A DNA stretch of 58,579 bases, counting the filler, from Dugesia japonica (lineage: Eukaryota): assembly GCA_001938525.1 (NCBI GenBank). It is 5 parts of 5 records of this genome, joined end to end, with 100 filler letters (N's around TTAATTAATTAA, not from the genome) between each part and the next. Parts side by side here need not be neighbours in the genome. Positions count along the whole stretch, not along the records: positions 23,395 to 33,386 come from MQRL01383359.1; positions 33,487 to 48,055 come from MQRL01606549.1; 3 more parts are not named here. One strand, 5' to 3'. The translations under genes and the position numbers were made by a program. A model generated the notes under the pieces. The model made no database searches, was not told where the DNA came from, and saw only the letters and a program-made list of their open reading frames with translations. Positions 23,721-37,489 of this stretch are shown here, in pieces (within the stretch, counting starts at the first letter, position 1; each line of letters opens with the position of its first letter).

Positions 23721-26700
23721 ATTGTTTAAAGGACTTATGTTGTGTGATGGATGGTTTTCGCTTAAAGGGTAGTGGCTCCACGCCACAGTCTTATGAGTTT
23801 TATGATGCGAGTTTTTTGCGAGGTTTAAGGTTTGTAAAGGATTATTGGATTTGAATGGGATATATATTGTTGGAAAGGTAATGTGATGGATAAGGTTTTG
23901 TATGTTGAATGTGCTTTGTTTATTTGTTTAAAGGGCTTTAATTTGATTAGTTGATTTTTGTAAGTAGTGTAAGTGTGTTAAAAACATTTTTCGGGACAGA
24001 GAGAGTGGTATGTATTGAAAGAGAATTAATTATCAGATTTTTTAATAATTATTCGAAATGTTTTTGTTAGGAGCGTATGACGTCATAATCTTTTCATAAT
24101 ATATTAATTAAAAATGCTGTTATTTGCTTAAATTGATGAATTTATTGAAAGTAATGGCATTTTTGAGTATTTTTAACTGGGTAATGAGTGTTTTCATATT
24201 TTTCGAATCGGGGGGTAATTCAAAATTTTATTTTTGCATTGGAAATAAAAATGTTTTTGAGCAGACATTATATTTTGCATGGTATGGGGCAGTCTTAATA
24301 TTTTGTATAAGCAGTCTCTTTATTTAGCATGGTATGGGCAGTCTTGATATTTCGCATGGTATAGTTGTCTCTATATTTTGCATAGAATGGGACAGACTTG
24401 ATATTTTTCAGTTAATGGGTCAGTCTTGATATTTTTGTAAGATATTGAATAGTCTTGATTGAAGCATTATTGATAATTTTTCTTTATATTTTACTTTAGA
24501 TAGGTCAGTTTTGACATTATTGCAGGATATTGGGTAGTCTTGATACTTTTAAGAGATTGAGGCATTATTGATGACTTTTTTTTATATTTTGCTTTAGATG
24601 GGACAGTCTAAAATTTATTGACATGTGATTTTTAGTGTATGTGTTTTGCATTCTCATGGCATCTGCATTTATTAAAAAAAATCATTAAAAATTCAAAATG
24701 TTGAGTTTTAAAAACTTTTTTTGGTTGGAAATTTATTAAAATTCTCAGACGCATGATTTTCAGTGTGTGTGTTGCATTCTTGTGGTATCTGAGTTGCATA
24801 CCTAATTCATTTATTAATAAAAATCCCCAGGCACGTGATTTTCAGTGTATGTGTGTTGCATTCTCATGTCATCCGAGTTGCATACCTATTGCATTTATTA
24901 AAAAAATCAACATGGCGACTATGTAGAGTTTTATTTAGAGTTTATGAGTATATTATTTACATATTAGCCGTGTAATATAAGGTTTACAAGTGTAATAAAT
25001 CTTTTTTGTGTCTATTATTTATAAAGTAATTGTGTATTATAGGTTTTTTGAGTCAATTATTTGCATAGTTACCTTGTATTATTTACATAGCAAACATGAA
25101 ATATAAGGCTTAAGTACATTATTTGTATAGCAAATTTGTATTATTTACATATCATCCATGTTATACTAAAATTATGAGTGTATTATTACAAAGTAACCCT
25201 GTATAATAGAGTTTATGAGTATATTATTTTCATAGTTACCTTGTATTATTTACATAGCAACCCTATATTATAGCTTATATGAGTATATTATATACATTTT
25301 AACCATGTAATATAAGGTCATCATGCACAATGCATGCTCGCGTCATGTTCATGCCAATTTTAGATAACAAATAAGTAATAAGTCTATATAAAAACTTATT
25401 TTTATGATTGTATATGGTTAATGAGTGTATTATTTGCATAATTAATTTGTATTATTTAAATAGCAAGTAATTTTTATTTACATAGTAACCCTGAAATATA
25501 AGGTTTATGAAATATAAGGCTTATGAGGAAATTATATTACAAACAAAACGTGTAATATAAGGTTTATGAAGGTACGTTTTACAAATAAAAAATGTAATAT
25601 ACAGTTTATGAGAATATAATTTACATATAAGTCGTGTAATATAAGGTTTCCAAATGTATTATTTGCTTAAGTACCATGTAATATTTAAATAACAACCGTT
25701 TAATATATGATTTTTGTGTGTTTTATTTACATACTAACCGTGTATTATAGGGTTTATAAGTCTGTTATATACATAGTTACCTTGTATAATTTACATAGCA
25801 ACGATGTATTATAATGTTTATGAGTGTTTTAATACATATTAACCCGGTAATATAATGTTTACGAGTATATTGTTTGCTTAGGTATCATGTAGTATTTATA
25901 TAGCAGCCGTTTAATATATGGTTTTTGTAAGTATTAGTTGCATAGTTAGCTTGTATTATTTACATAGTAACCATTTATTATAAGGCTTATTAGTGTATTA
26001 TTTACATATTAACCGTGTAATATTAGGCTCACGGGTATATTATTTACAAAACAACCTTTTAATATATAGTTCTTGTGTGTATTATTTACATATTAACTCT
26101 GTATTATAGGGTTTATGAGTATATTATTTTCATAATAACTGTGTAATATCTGGTTTATGAATGCATTATTTGCATAGTTGATTTATATTATTTAAATGAG
26201 AAAGGTTTAATATAAGATTTGAGTGTGGAAGATTCTTATATATAACTTATAAGTAATAATTTACCTTGTGTGTTGCGCAAATATCAAATTTAAAAGTAAA
26301 TTAATTTAATAAATTAAATAAATAAAGAGAATTCAAAAAGAAATCATGTATTATTAATTAAACAAAACAAAAAAACCACAATATACATAAAAAACATTAA
26401 GCCTTCCCAACTTGTCCAATAAAAAATTTTTCTGGTGTTGTATTTGAAAAGTCTACCGATAGTTCAATGGAATCGAGATCCACTGGAACATTAGGTAATC
26501 CTTTAATATAATTATCTATATTATCTATAAAGAAATTAGATATCATAGCTATACTATCCTATATCTCATAAGGTTGTATTAGAGATTGAATTACAGATAC
26601 ATCANTTTATATTTCAGTGTGTTCTCTTGATAAGCAAGATTNAATCGTGGGATGATTCAATGCATACGTTTGTAAATCCTTTTCTTTTAAAAAGTTCATA

Positions 26701-29685
26701 GCGTCTTCTTTACCATCAAAACTAAGTAATTTACGTTGAAGATCTTTAAATATAGGTAATTTAATGGGACGACAACCGATAGCAATAATTTCTTCCCAAT
26801 CGACAAGAATATCTTCTTTTCTAAAATAGTTCACTTCACGTTCCAAATCTTGAGCATTAACACCACAGAAATGATGTAGATCAAATTGACGATTTAAGGA
26901 TTTAACCATCATACTATTTTTGTGTTGATGTATCATTCAAAGTGCTGATAGTCTTCGTCAGATCGTTCCTGATGTGCATAAAAATAATTAGCTAGTTCTG
27001 GTACAAGATGTATTATAGTTTTACATTTGTTCATGAATATTTGATATGGAATCGAAAACCTAAAGTTTCGGTTTCTACCAAATGTTACTATTCGTCTAGC
27101 TGTAATATTATCTAAATAGATGTTATAATATATATAAAAAAAAAGTAATAATATTTACTTTCTTGAGAATTTTGTGAAGCCATTTTAAAATTATAAGAAA
27201 TAATAATGAAATTCAATATATGTATTCAAAATAAAAAAACCACAACGTAATATATTAATTATTTGAAATATATATATCTAAATTTAAATTGATATTTTTT
27301 GTACTTGAATTGTATAAGGTTTGCCTTTGCGTTGCTAATTTTCTTAAGTTTTCAATCAAATTTTATAAATCTGAAGTAATGTTATTCAGATATCCTTAAA
27401 AATTCAAATTTTAGAGACCAAGCATCACTATCTTTCCGGTTGAGAACACTTTTACACATATAGGGTCATATTTTTACAAGTCATAGAGCTGGAAATAACT
27501 TTGGTTTAAACCAACAGTTGACTATTCTTGATAATTTTTACAAATTTATTGAAACTCTCATATTTAAAAAAATTGCTAATAACTGTAATTGTAAATTTTT
27601 TACATTATAGGGTTCAAATCATGGGGTTCCAATAGTTTCTTACAACTCCTTATTTTACAGTTTCCTGATCTGAGGCCAATAATTGTAAAACTATCACTTT
27701 TGACTTTAAATTGACATGACTTGTCTGTAAGAAAGATCATTTTCTTTGTTACTACCTACAGCACTTCATTGCTGTAATTAATATTGGTTATCTTAATTAA
27801 TGAAGTAAGAGTAAACATTGGGTTTTTTATGATATTAATTTAATGTATTCGTTAAAACAAATATATCAAATGTAATAAATTAACTAAAACTAAGATAATC
27901 AAATGATAATCAAATTATTCTATGTAAAGAATACCTCATAGGTGTTATATTGCACAGTTTCTTTGAAACAAATACATATTAACTAATCAAATAATACACT
28001 CATACACCATAAGTTAGAAGGTTGCTATGTAAATAATATACTCATAAACCCTATTATACAGGGTTAATTTAATAATGATAATACAATAATGATCCTTATA
28101 ATACATATTATAATCCTTATAATCCTATATTACAATTTTACTATGTAAAAAGTACCTTCATAAACCTTATATTACACGTTTGTTATGTAAAATAATTTCC
28201 TCATAAGCCTTATATTTCATAAACCTTATATTTCAGGGTTACTATGTAAATAATACAAGGTAACTTTGCAAATAAATCATGTTTGCTATTTAAATAATAC
28301 AAATTAATTATGCAAATAATACACTCATTAACCATATACAATCATAAAAATATTTTCGTATAAGTTTTTATATAGACTTATTACTTATTTGTTATCTAAA
28401 ATTGGCATGAACATGACGCGAGCATGCATTGTACATGATGACCTTATATTACATGGTTAAAATGTAACTAATATACTCATAAACCTTACAATTTATTAAT
28501 ACACTCCTTATAATATATGGTTGCTATGCAACTAATGTACTCATAAACCTTATATTTTATGGTTGCTCTGTAAATAATACAAGGTAACTATGCAAATAAT
28601 AGACTCAAAAACCCTATAATACACAGTCACTATGTAAACAATACACACAGAAAAAAGATATTTTTAAAATTCAACATAGCCGTCATTTTGGTTTTTTTAA
28701 AACTCAACATAACCGCCAATTTGAATTTTTATTGATTTTTTTAATAAATGCAATTGATATGCAACTCAGATGCCATGAGAATGCAACACACATACACTGA
28801 AAATCACATACATACAAAAACTTTTGAATATCTCTCCAAATTTTTTTACATTTCCGGCCATAAAATAACAAGACTCTCCTCTTCCCGGTTTAAAAAATAT
28901 GAAAACACAATCCCCATTCACAAATACTCAAAAAATACTCAAAAATACATCAAATACTCAAAAATGCCATTACTTTCAATAAAATCATCAATTTAAGCAA
29001 ATTAAAGCATTTTTAATTAAAATATTATGAACAGATTATGACGTCATACACTCCCAACAGAAAAATTTCAAATAATTATAAAAAAAAATCTGATAATTAA
29101 TTCTCTTTCAATACATTCCACTCTTTAGCCCTTTAAATAAATAAACAAAGCACATTCGACATACAAAACCTTCTCCATCACATTACCTTTCCAACAACAT
29201 ATATCCCATTCAAATCCAATAACCCTCTACAAACATTAAATCTCGCAATAAACACGCCACGATAACTCATACGACTGTGTCGTGGAGCCACTACTCTTTA
29301 AGCGAAAACCATTCATCACACAACATAAGTCCTTTAAACAATGTATAGACCAAAGTTTTGTCCAACAACAAAAAAAATCTTAAAAACTCCAAAATAATTA
29401 TTTCCAAAATCTCCAGCGCCTCTTCGATTCACAAACCATTCTTTCACACACAACCACACAAAAACTCAACTTGACCTACTTTTTTCAAAAGCTCTAAAAA
29501 AAACCAAACACACACAAATTTTAAAATTTAAAAATACACACACACAGCCACAGAATCAAAAAAACCAGATCTGATCAAAAAATAATTTGATCCGATTAAA
29601 AGACTTTTGTTCCTAAAAATCTTAGAAAAAAAACTAACTAAAAAATCACAGCACACTTGTGTCGAAGAGCCACTATCTACCTACT
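23721..29685. mobile_element. Non-autonomous element with kb-long inverted arms (Polinton/foldback-like) around a ~1.7-kb core
   Basis: Collinear reverse-complement matches: 23721-23940/29128-29342, 24020-24200/28955-29122, 24835-24900/28740-28808, 25300-25560/28160-28460. The arms contain many tattatttacatag/taatataaggtttatga subrepeats. Right terminus AGTAGGTAGATAGTGGC (minus strand, 29685). Confidence 0.8.
26397..27183 (-). pseudogene. Orphan ~240-codon gene with a 47-nt intron (27112-27158), disrupted
   Basis: ATG GCT TCA..GAA A|gtaaat..atttag|AT AAT gives MASQNSQENNITARRIVTFGRNRNFRFSIPYQIF... A frameshift near 26940 leads into MIHQHK..EHTEI; further disruptions follow, ending FFIGQVGKA* at 26397. 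Confidence 0.55.
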
Positions 29686-30625
29686 GAAATCAAGTTTCTT
29701 GGACACATAATTAGCAGGGATAGTGTTAGAACTTATCCATCTAAAATAGAAGCTATAAGAACATTTGGGAAAGCTAACTGTGTGACGAAGTTACAAAGTT
29801 TTTTGGGAATTTGTAATTATTACAGGAAGTTTAAAGAAAACTTCGCAAGAAAGTCAAAAATATTGGAGCAGATGTGTAGAGGACCAAGCAACAAGAAATT
29901 AGAATGGACAGATGAAATAAACGATACATTAGAGGGTCTGAAAAAATATCTAATTACGGCATCAATATTGTGTTTTCCGGACATAAACAAAGAATTTATA
30001 TTAGATACAGATGCCAGTTTCGATACAATTAGAGCAGTATTGTCACAGAGAGATAAAGAAGGAAGAGAAAGAGTTGTTGCCTATGGTAAACACTCAATGA
30101 CAAGTTGTGAAAAGGGATACTGCATTACACGAAAGGCGTTATCGGCTGTTTAATATTTCTGCATGCATTTCAGACATTACTTTTTTTTAATTTACTCTTA
30201 GAACATATCACAAAACTCTACCTTTCATGATGACGGCAAAGAAACTAATTACATCGCAATTCCAGACATGGATTAATTATCTGAGCAGTTTAGACGTGGT
30301 TTCGGAATATAGAAAAGCAATTCAACATAGTAATGCAGACATGTTATCTAGACCAAGATGTGAGATATGTGTACAGTCACATGAAGAAGCCAAGAAAGGG
30401 AAGATTAAAAAGAGAATACTGAATATAATCAAAAACAAAAAATAAGATCAGTTAAGCATTTCTAAAGAAGCAGATTTTATCAAGAAAATGAAAATTCCGG
30501 ATGACAAACTACATGAAACAATAGAAGAAATACATAAATCATTATGCAATGAAGGAGATGAATAGGTGTACGATTATATGAGAAACAAATATATTGCAAA
30601 GAATTTGTGGAATCGTCACATGTCA
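29686..30625 (+). mobile_element. Ty3/Gypsy pol fragment (RT end, RNase H, start of integrase)
   Basis: EIKFLGH, SFLGICNYYRKF, FILDTDAS, YCITRKAL and HSNADMLSR. Confidence 0.9.
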
Positions 30626-30910
30626 CGTGTGAACCAAAATGGTATGAGTCCTCAATGCTACATTCAAACCAAATATCAGAAAACATCTGCAAATCTTTGC
30701 CAGACTACCAGTATCAACATATACGGGTTCATTTTCAATTCTTCAACGTTTGAAACTTATCTACGAAAACCTACCAGTAAAACACAACTCAATGGACAGG
30801 CCCTTCTAAATATCCATGGCGCACATACCTCAACTACTGATGAAATAATCAATGAATTTATCAAAAAACAGGCGTTTGGACTTTACATTATAGCATAAAA
30901 TGTGTTCTAT

Positions 30911-31700
30911 GATAAAAACCCACATCATAAAAGCCCACATACATAAATGCCCACACTGACAAAACCCCACACAGACAAAACCCCACATGAAAAAAAGCTC
31001 ACACATGGGCAAAACCCCACATGGACGAAAGCTCACATGGATAAAACCTCACAAGGACGAAACCTTACATGGACCAAACCCTACACGGACAAAACCCAAC
31101 ATTTTTGTATTTATTGAAAATATTTATTATATTTTCTCCGGGATATTTTTTTATCGAGTTGATGTATATTAAAATTATTATAATTTATTATTTTGAAAAT
31201 TATTTTCTTTATTTATTTTGAAATTTTTAAAAGATAATTTTATTACTTTTGAAGGCACAGCATCTAGTTTTCAAATAGTCAAAATGGCAATAGAATTTTG
31301 ATTTATTTGGGTTTTGAATACCTATTATTTCGCTTTATAAACGAAGTGCTGACATGTAGAGGCAAGCAAAGTCGTTCTTTAAAGTGCCATGCAAAAATGA
31401 AGACTAAAGATAAGGAAATAGTACAACAACCAACGAAGAATTGCCATGATTCCTGTCCTCAAAAAGCTGAAGCAAATATTACCGGAAACAAAATGAAGAA
31501 ATATATGGGAGTAGTGTCGGCTACTTCTCCAAATGTAATGGGAAATATTTTATCAAAATTAAGTAACGATGTACTGGTTCATATGCCAAAGCAATCATCA
31601 CTTGCCAGAAATCTTTATCACAAAAAATGTGGTATTTTACCAAATCCAACAACGGCAAATTTTTTCTTTTTGAAGAATTTAACTTTTTGGTTGATTTAAC
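30911..31700 (+). mobile_element. MULE (Mutator-like) 5' end: tandem-repeat TIR and FLYWCH zinc-finger fragment
   Basis: The unit (ggac.aaacccc acat) is repeated about 10 times at 30911-31100. ORF LIYLGFEY..LTCRGKQSRSLKCHAKMKT..NCHD fits the FLYWCH pattern. Confidence 0.65.
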
Positions 31701-33386
31701 CAATATTAGAAAATTTTACAAATTTTTTTGAATTTTATTTAATTTTTTATTCGAGGATAAATATTTAGATATAAGTTTATTTGGATAGCCATTATTTAAG
31801 AATTTATTTAAACCTGTGGGAAATCAATGTTTTTCTTCATTTTGAAGTAATTGAGAAATAATAAATTAAAAAATTAATAAAATAAAACAAAATAAAGCTA
31901 GGAATTGAAAACCACAAAAGCTCAAATAAAAAGACATCATGTAGAATTAAAATGTAAATAAAATTATTAATGTAAATTTAAAATGTATATATTATAGCAA
32001 ATACAATTTTACAAAGTAAAAATCAATAATAAGGGGTTTGATCGCAAACCCTATGTTAATAGCGAGAATTAAAGGTTGTGTGCTTGAAGCATTATTCGTT
32101 GTTGTAAATTTATTGGAAATTTTTGATAATTGAGAAGAATTTTGATTCAATTCAAAATTATTCAACAGTAATAATTATTTATTTCAAAAAAAAAACCAAT
32201 TTACAGAGACTCACCTTATCTGAACTCAGTCAGATTTCAAACACAACCCCCCTGGAGCGGGGGCTTGATAACTAATAACCCTATGCTATGATTTCTGCTG
32301 TGTTATCGTAGATCGCAATAACTAATCAAACTGTGCTATGATTCTGCTTTAGGTTATCGCGAATCATTTATAAAAAAAGAAGGAAAAAATTTTTAAAAAA
32401 ATTTTAAAATAATTTGAAAATTTTTTTTTAAATAATTTGGAAACGAAAAGATTTTCAAAAAATTTTCAAAAGAAAAGAAAAAGAGAAAAGAAAAAATTAA
32501 CTTTCAAAATCTGATCTGATAAGAAATTTGATCTGATCTGATATCCCATCAAAATTCTTAAATCCAAGATGACTAGTAACGTATACGGTTGATGTGAGCA
32601 CACAAGCACAATGATCCTTGCTAAAAATTGAATTTTTTGTTTTAATCAATAAAAATAAATTTTAACTTTTCGTGTCAAAATATTTGCAAATTAAAACAAA
32701 ACTATATCTTCCTGCAACTAATCAACCAATCAAATCAAACACAAGTTCAAACACGAATTCAAACACAACCCTCCTCCCGAAGGGATGGCTTAATAATACA
32801 TTTGTGTTTGTGCCCTCACATCAGTCTACTCCCACTAAAATCCATCATCTACCCACAAATTTATTAAGATTCAAAAAATGAACGCGAGATAACTCATCAG
32901 ATGTGCTAGTTGTATGTTTTTTATTGAGGTTTTGTCCAACGAGTTCAATTCATGTTGACCATGGATTTTTATCATCAAATTTCCAAGATTCGATAAAAAT
33001 ATTGAAATTAATTTAAATTTTTTATAATAAAAAATATATTTTTTCCAATTCTAGTAAATATGTATTCTGTAAATATTCTTTGGAAATTTTAAATAAATTG
33101 TTTATATAAGCTAGAAAATTAAATTTAATTTAAATATTTTAGAAGAAAAAATTGAAGCAATCATAAATAAAAGTAATTTATTATTAAATCAAGAATTTCT
33201 TTTTATCGATTATCTATTATGTTTTAATCGACAGGTAAATCATCACTCGACGAAATGAAATCAATGAAAAAAGAAAACGGTAAATCTAATCATTAAAAAA
33301 TAAATAATAATTAGTAAAACAATATAAATCTTTGATATAATTAGAAAATTTTACAAATGTGTTTGAATTTAATTGAACACTTGGTA

Positions 33387-33486
33387 NNNNNNNNNNNNNN
33401 NNNNNNNNNNNNNNNNNNNNNNNNNNNNNNTTAATTAATTAANNNNNNNNNNNNNNNNNNNNNNNNNNNNNNNNNNNNNNNNNNNN
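33387..33486. other. Artificial contig linker N44-TTAATTAATTAA-N44
   Basis: Identical 100-bp spacer. Confidence 0.95.
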
Positions 33487-33859
33487 TAATTAATAATTAA
33501 TCAATTATAATTAATAATTGGCTTATTTCCAATAAACAAATCAATCTTTTCCTCAATATTCGACAAATAGAGAAGCTAAAGTTAACTCCAGGATTAGTTA
33601 AGCAAGGGATTAACTCCGTCAACTTGTTTGTACTATTTATCATTAAACAAAAAATGTATATTAGACGTAGCAAAGTCCAAAAGTTCCCCAAAGGCAGTCA
33701 CACTTAACAAATTATGCTCAGACAGATTTTTCTCCTATTATTCACAACAAAGATTAATAGTTTCATCTAATGGAGCATTTGTAACTAAAAAACAGTTTTC
33801 GCAGAGAGAAATATAACAAGAAAGCTAATACCGAGGAAAAATTTACATAGATGAAATTG

Positions 33860-34500
33860 AAATAATCAATTGTAATTAATNNNNNNNNNNNNNNNNNNNN
33901 NNNNTAATCAATTGTAATTAATAAATAATTAATCAATTATAAAACATAATTAATCAATTATAAAACATAATTAATCAATTGTAATTAATAATTAATCAAT
34001 TATAATTAATAATTAATTAATCAATTGTAAAACATAATTAGTCAATTATAATTAATCAATGGTAATTAATAATTAATCAATTATAATAAATATTAATTAA
34101 TCAATTGTAAAACATAATTAGTCAATTGCAAATAATAATTAATCAATTATAATTAATTAATCAATTATAAAACCTAATTAGTCAATTGTAATTAATAAAT
34201 AATCAATTATAATTAATAAATAATTAATCAATTATAAAACATAATTAATAAATAATTAATCAATTGTAAAACATAATTAGTCAATTGTAATTAATAATTA
34301 ATCAATTGTAATTAATAATTAATTAATCAATTGTAATNNNNNNNNNNNNNNNNNNNNNNNNNNNNNNNNNNNNNNNNNNNNNNNNNNNNNNNNNNNNNNN
34401 NNNNNNNNNNNNNNNTAATTAATTAATCAATTGTAATTAATAATTAATTAATCAATTGTAATTAATAATGAATAAATTGTAGCTAAATAATTAATTAATT
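33860..34500. repeat. AT-rich minisatellite (taattaatcaatt[a/g]taa)n
   Basis: Dozens of taattaatcaatt units; lies in the DOP1 intron. Confidence 0.85.
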
Positions 34501-34605
34501 GATTTAAGATGAATTGATTAATTTAAATTGATGTTAAAAAAATTAATATTTTAATGAAAAAATCTGTTATTTATCGATTGTAATTAATTTCCAGTTAAAA
34601 TTTAC

Positions 34606-35106
34606 CTGCAATAATCCAACAAAAGCCGGCCGAATCGCATTTCCAAGAGTAACGAAATACTTTTCATAGAGATTAAACAACGGGGTTTTAATATGCATGG
34701 CAGATGGAGACAACAGCGGGAAAATACCGTTACAATAAATGAAAAGATCATCGGCAAGTTTACGAGGACCAATAATTGAAAAGATAACATCAAAACACTC
34801 TAGTGCTTTTATATGAACTCCTGCAGGCAAAGCTGGATGGAGACATTGAGATAATCTTTTACCAACTAAATGTTTTCGTGGAATAACTCCAAATTTAATA
34901 TTTGCTTGAAGTAACTAGTAAATATATAAAGTATTTCTCATTTCTATTATAAATACTTTAATTAATTTTCCTATGTTTGTAATTAAATCTGCCCATTCTG
35001 AGGAGTATTCAAATCCCTTCAAACATCTGTCTAATTGGCCGGCAAAGTTACGATACTTGTTATCATTCGAAAAATCAGGTTCGTCCATGTTCTTTTTTCT
35101 ATTCAT
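34606..35106 (-). CDS. DOP1: Dopey/DOP1 family protein, first two coding exons complement(join(34606..34914,34957..35106))
   Basis: KYRNFAGQLDRCLKGFEYSSEWADLI..K|LLQ..KRLSQCLHPALPAGVHIKALE..GIFPLL..LYEKYF is the Dopey_N domain. 42-nt GT-AG intron; donor CAG|gtaaat after 34606. Confidence 0.93.
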
Positions 35107-37489
35107 TGAGGATAAATATTTTAATTTTGAAGCAAATTATTTTAATTAAATANAAAAGTTTTCGCAAATTAATTAGATTAAATTTAAATATTCAGTACAA
35201 ACAATGATATAATAATAAAATACAATTGCTTTACGAAAAATGAATGAATTAAAATGAAAATATATTGAGGAAACTTGAAAAGTAAATAATGAAAAAAATT
35301 TATAAATATTAAAATAATAAAATATTAATTAGCAAAATTTAATTTTACTTAAAAATATTAAAAATGAGAGTTTAAAATAATCTCGCTATAGAATTCTTTT
35401 GTGGTTTATTATAACAAATTTAATTTTTATACAGATTTTTGATTTTACTTGGAATTCTGAAATATTATATGATTTTAAGCACTAAAGGTAATGGAAAATA
35501 TTTTACTAAAAAATAACTTTAATAAAACATAAAATGAATACTTAGAAAGGAATTTTTACAATATGAAAATTTGAGCGTTATAAGAAATCATGTATTTATT
35601 GTTACAAAAAAAATATTTCTTAGACTAAATTAAACGCAAGATTATTAGTAAGTTTATATTCAAAAATTGGCATTATTATTTTCATTAAAGATTTTTAAAG
35701 CAATTTAATTACACGAATTAATTTATTCTCATTCGTTCCAAACTACTAAGTTTTTTAGCATTTGATTATATAGTTTACATAAATAGTCTTCAAACTTTGT
35801 CTAGTATTGAAACCCTTAAAACTTTAAGGTCTATATACCTAAAGAAGTACCATTGAATTTTTATTGTTGCACGACTTTTACCTTGTACATCTCTTGAAAA
35901 TACATATTCTAAAAATTAAAAATTAATCTCGAAGCTCTTATATTTGTTAAATGGACTGGTAGAAACTTTTTAAGTAAACCTCAAGTTTCTAAAACTCAAT
36001 GAGTACGAAATTGGTTTATTAAAAATGGTATATCATTTTATGGTAATGAATAATAAAGGTTAATAGTTTTAGCAACCATTTTATACTATAAAAGATAATT
36101 TAGAGCTATTTCATATTGTGTGTACGTACAAATTTGATACTAATTTTGTTAGGCAAGACCATATAAATTAAAAAATCTGCTATGAGTAAATCGATATGGA
36201 AATAATAAATTCATGTTAATAAATCTCAGAATCAAAGAGTATGAAATAAAAAAATCAAATTTAAGATAATCAGTAATCAAATTGGAAAAATCCGAAATGA
36301 ATAAATATTAAAAGATAATAATCAATATATATTTAGCTTAGATGTTTTAGTTACTCGCACTTCTCAAGTCTTTAAAATGTTTACTTAGTGCAAATCTTTA
36401 GAGATTTTTACTCTAAGGGCAGATACCTGAAGCCGGCTGAAATTTGATGATACTTCCAGTATCATTCGTTTATCTTGGTTCATGCGGGTCTTCATCGTCT
36501 TTTGAAAATCGCTTTCGATGTTAAATGCTCAGTCATTCTCTTTTTTAAAACGAGGACAATTTCTTGACGATATATAATTATTACATTACACATTATTCGA
36601 AAATGTCTTCTTCCTTGATGAGGCATTCTGAGTCTGCGGTTACCTGTTTCATGTGATGAGCCTTCTACAGTGTCCTCACGTTGACCAAAACTGCAGCTTC
36701 TCTAGTTGCATAGCTCTTGATAACCTACACTATCATTCGGTTGTTGGATATGAGAGTAAGCTCTATGTTAAAGCTGTTACTTTTTTCAATTTTACATCTT
36801 CGTCGTTAGTAGGTTTTAACTCTTGATGTAGTTTCTTCAGTTTTGCCCATCTTGATGGTGGCTCCAAGACCAACTTTTTGGGCTTGTTTTGTTAGCATTT
36901 AATTACTTTGTAAAAATTAGAGTTAATATTACCGTTCATTGTATTGGAATCATAAGCAAAAGAAATATCCAAATCATGATTGTTTTATTTATCTGTTCGT
37001 TTTAATTTAATTATGATCGACTTAAAGCTTTTTAATTTTAGTTTAGTCAGATTATTTTTTATATAAATAAATCACATTATCACAATACAAGTGTGACCAA
37101 AAAGTAAATGAAAATTTTATTTAACGAAATTTGAGAGACTTCAACTATGAATTAGTGACACTTCAATTATCAATTGCATCTCTACAGTCAGAAAATTGTT
37201 TTTTGTGTATAATTGTTTTGTTTCTCGTTATTAAAGTATGGAACCAGAGCAGGCATAGTCGTTTCAATCTTCGCTACTTGGTGTTTCACCCTCCCCCGCT
37301 GCTCGGCTATAAGACGTCTCTTCTTTCCACTTCTTTCAACCGGAGGCGGTTCTAGAGCATTTATAAGTGTTCATAATATATTCCGAGATTCTCTATAGAA
37401 CCCTAGAAGTTTAGAATCTCTAGAGAAAAACGGGTATTAAAACTCTATTTATCTACTCACAAAGATTTTGTGGCTTTCAAATCAAGCAA

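Noticed and set aside
24940-26200. Repeat array as a CRISPR locus
   Set aside because: Units are degenerate with no unique spacers, there are no cas genes, and the context is eukaryotic; these are TIR subrepeats.
26945-26965. CTGACGAAGAC on the minus strand as another hammerhead
   Set aside because: No closing GTC-GAAA or stems; it lies within the coding frame (SDEDY).
30987-31172. ORFs over the ggacaaaaccccacat array
   Set aside because: Translation of a tandem-repeat TIR, not a gene.
36330-36900. Possible LINE RT fragment on the minus strand (KQAQKVGL..KTE)
   Set aside because: Too degenerate; no second diagnostic motif found.
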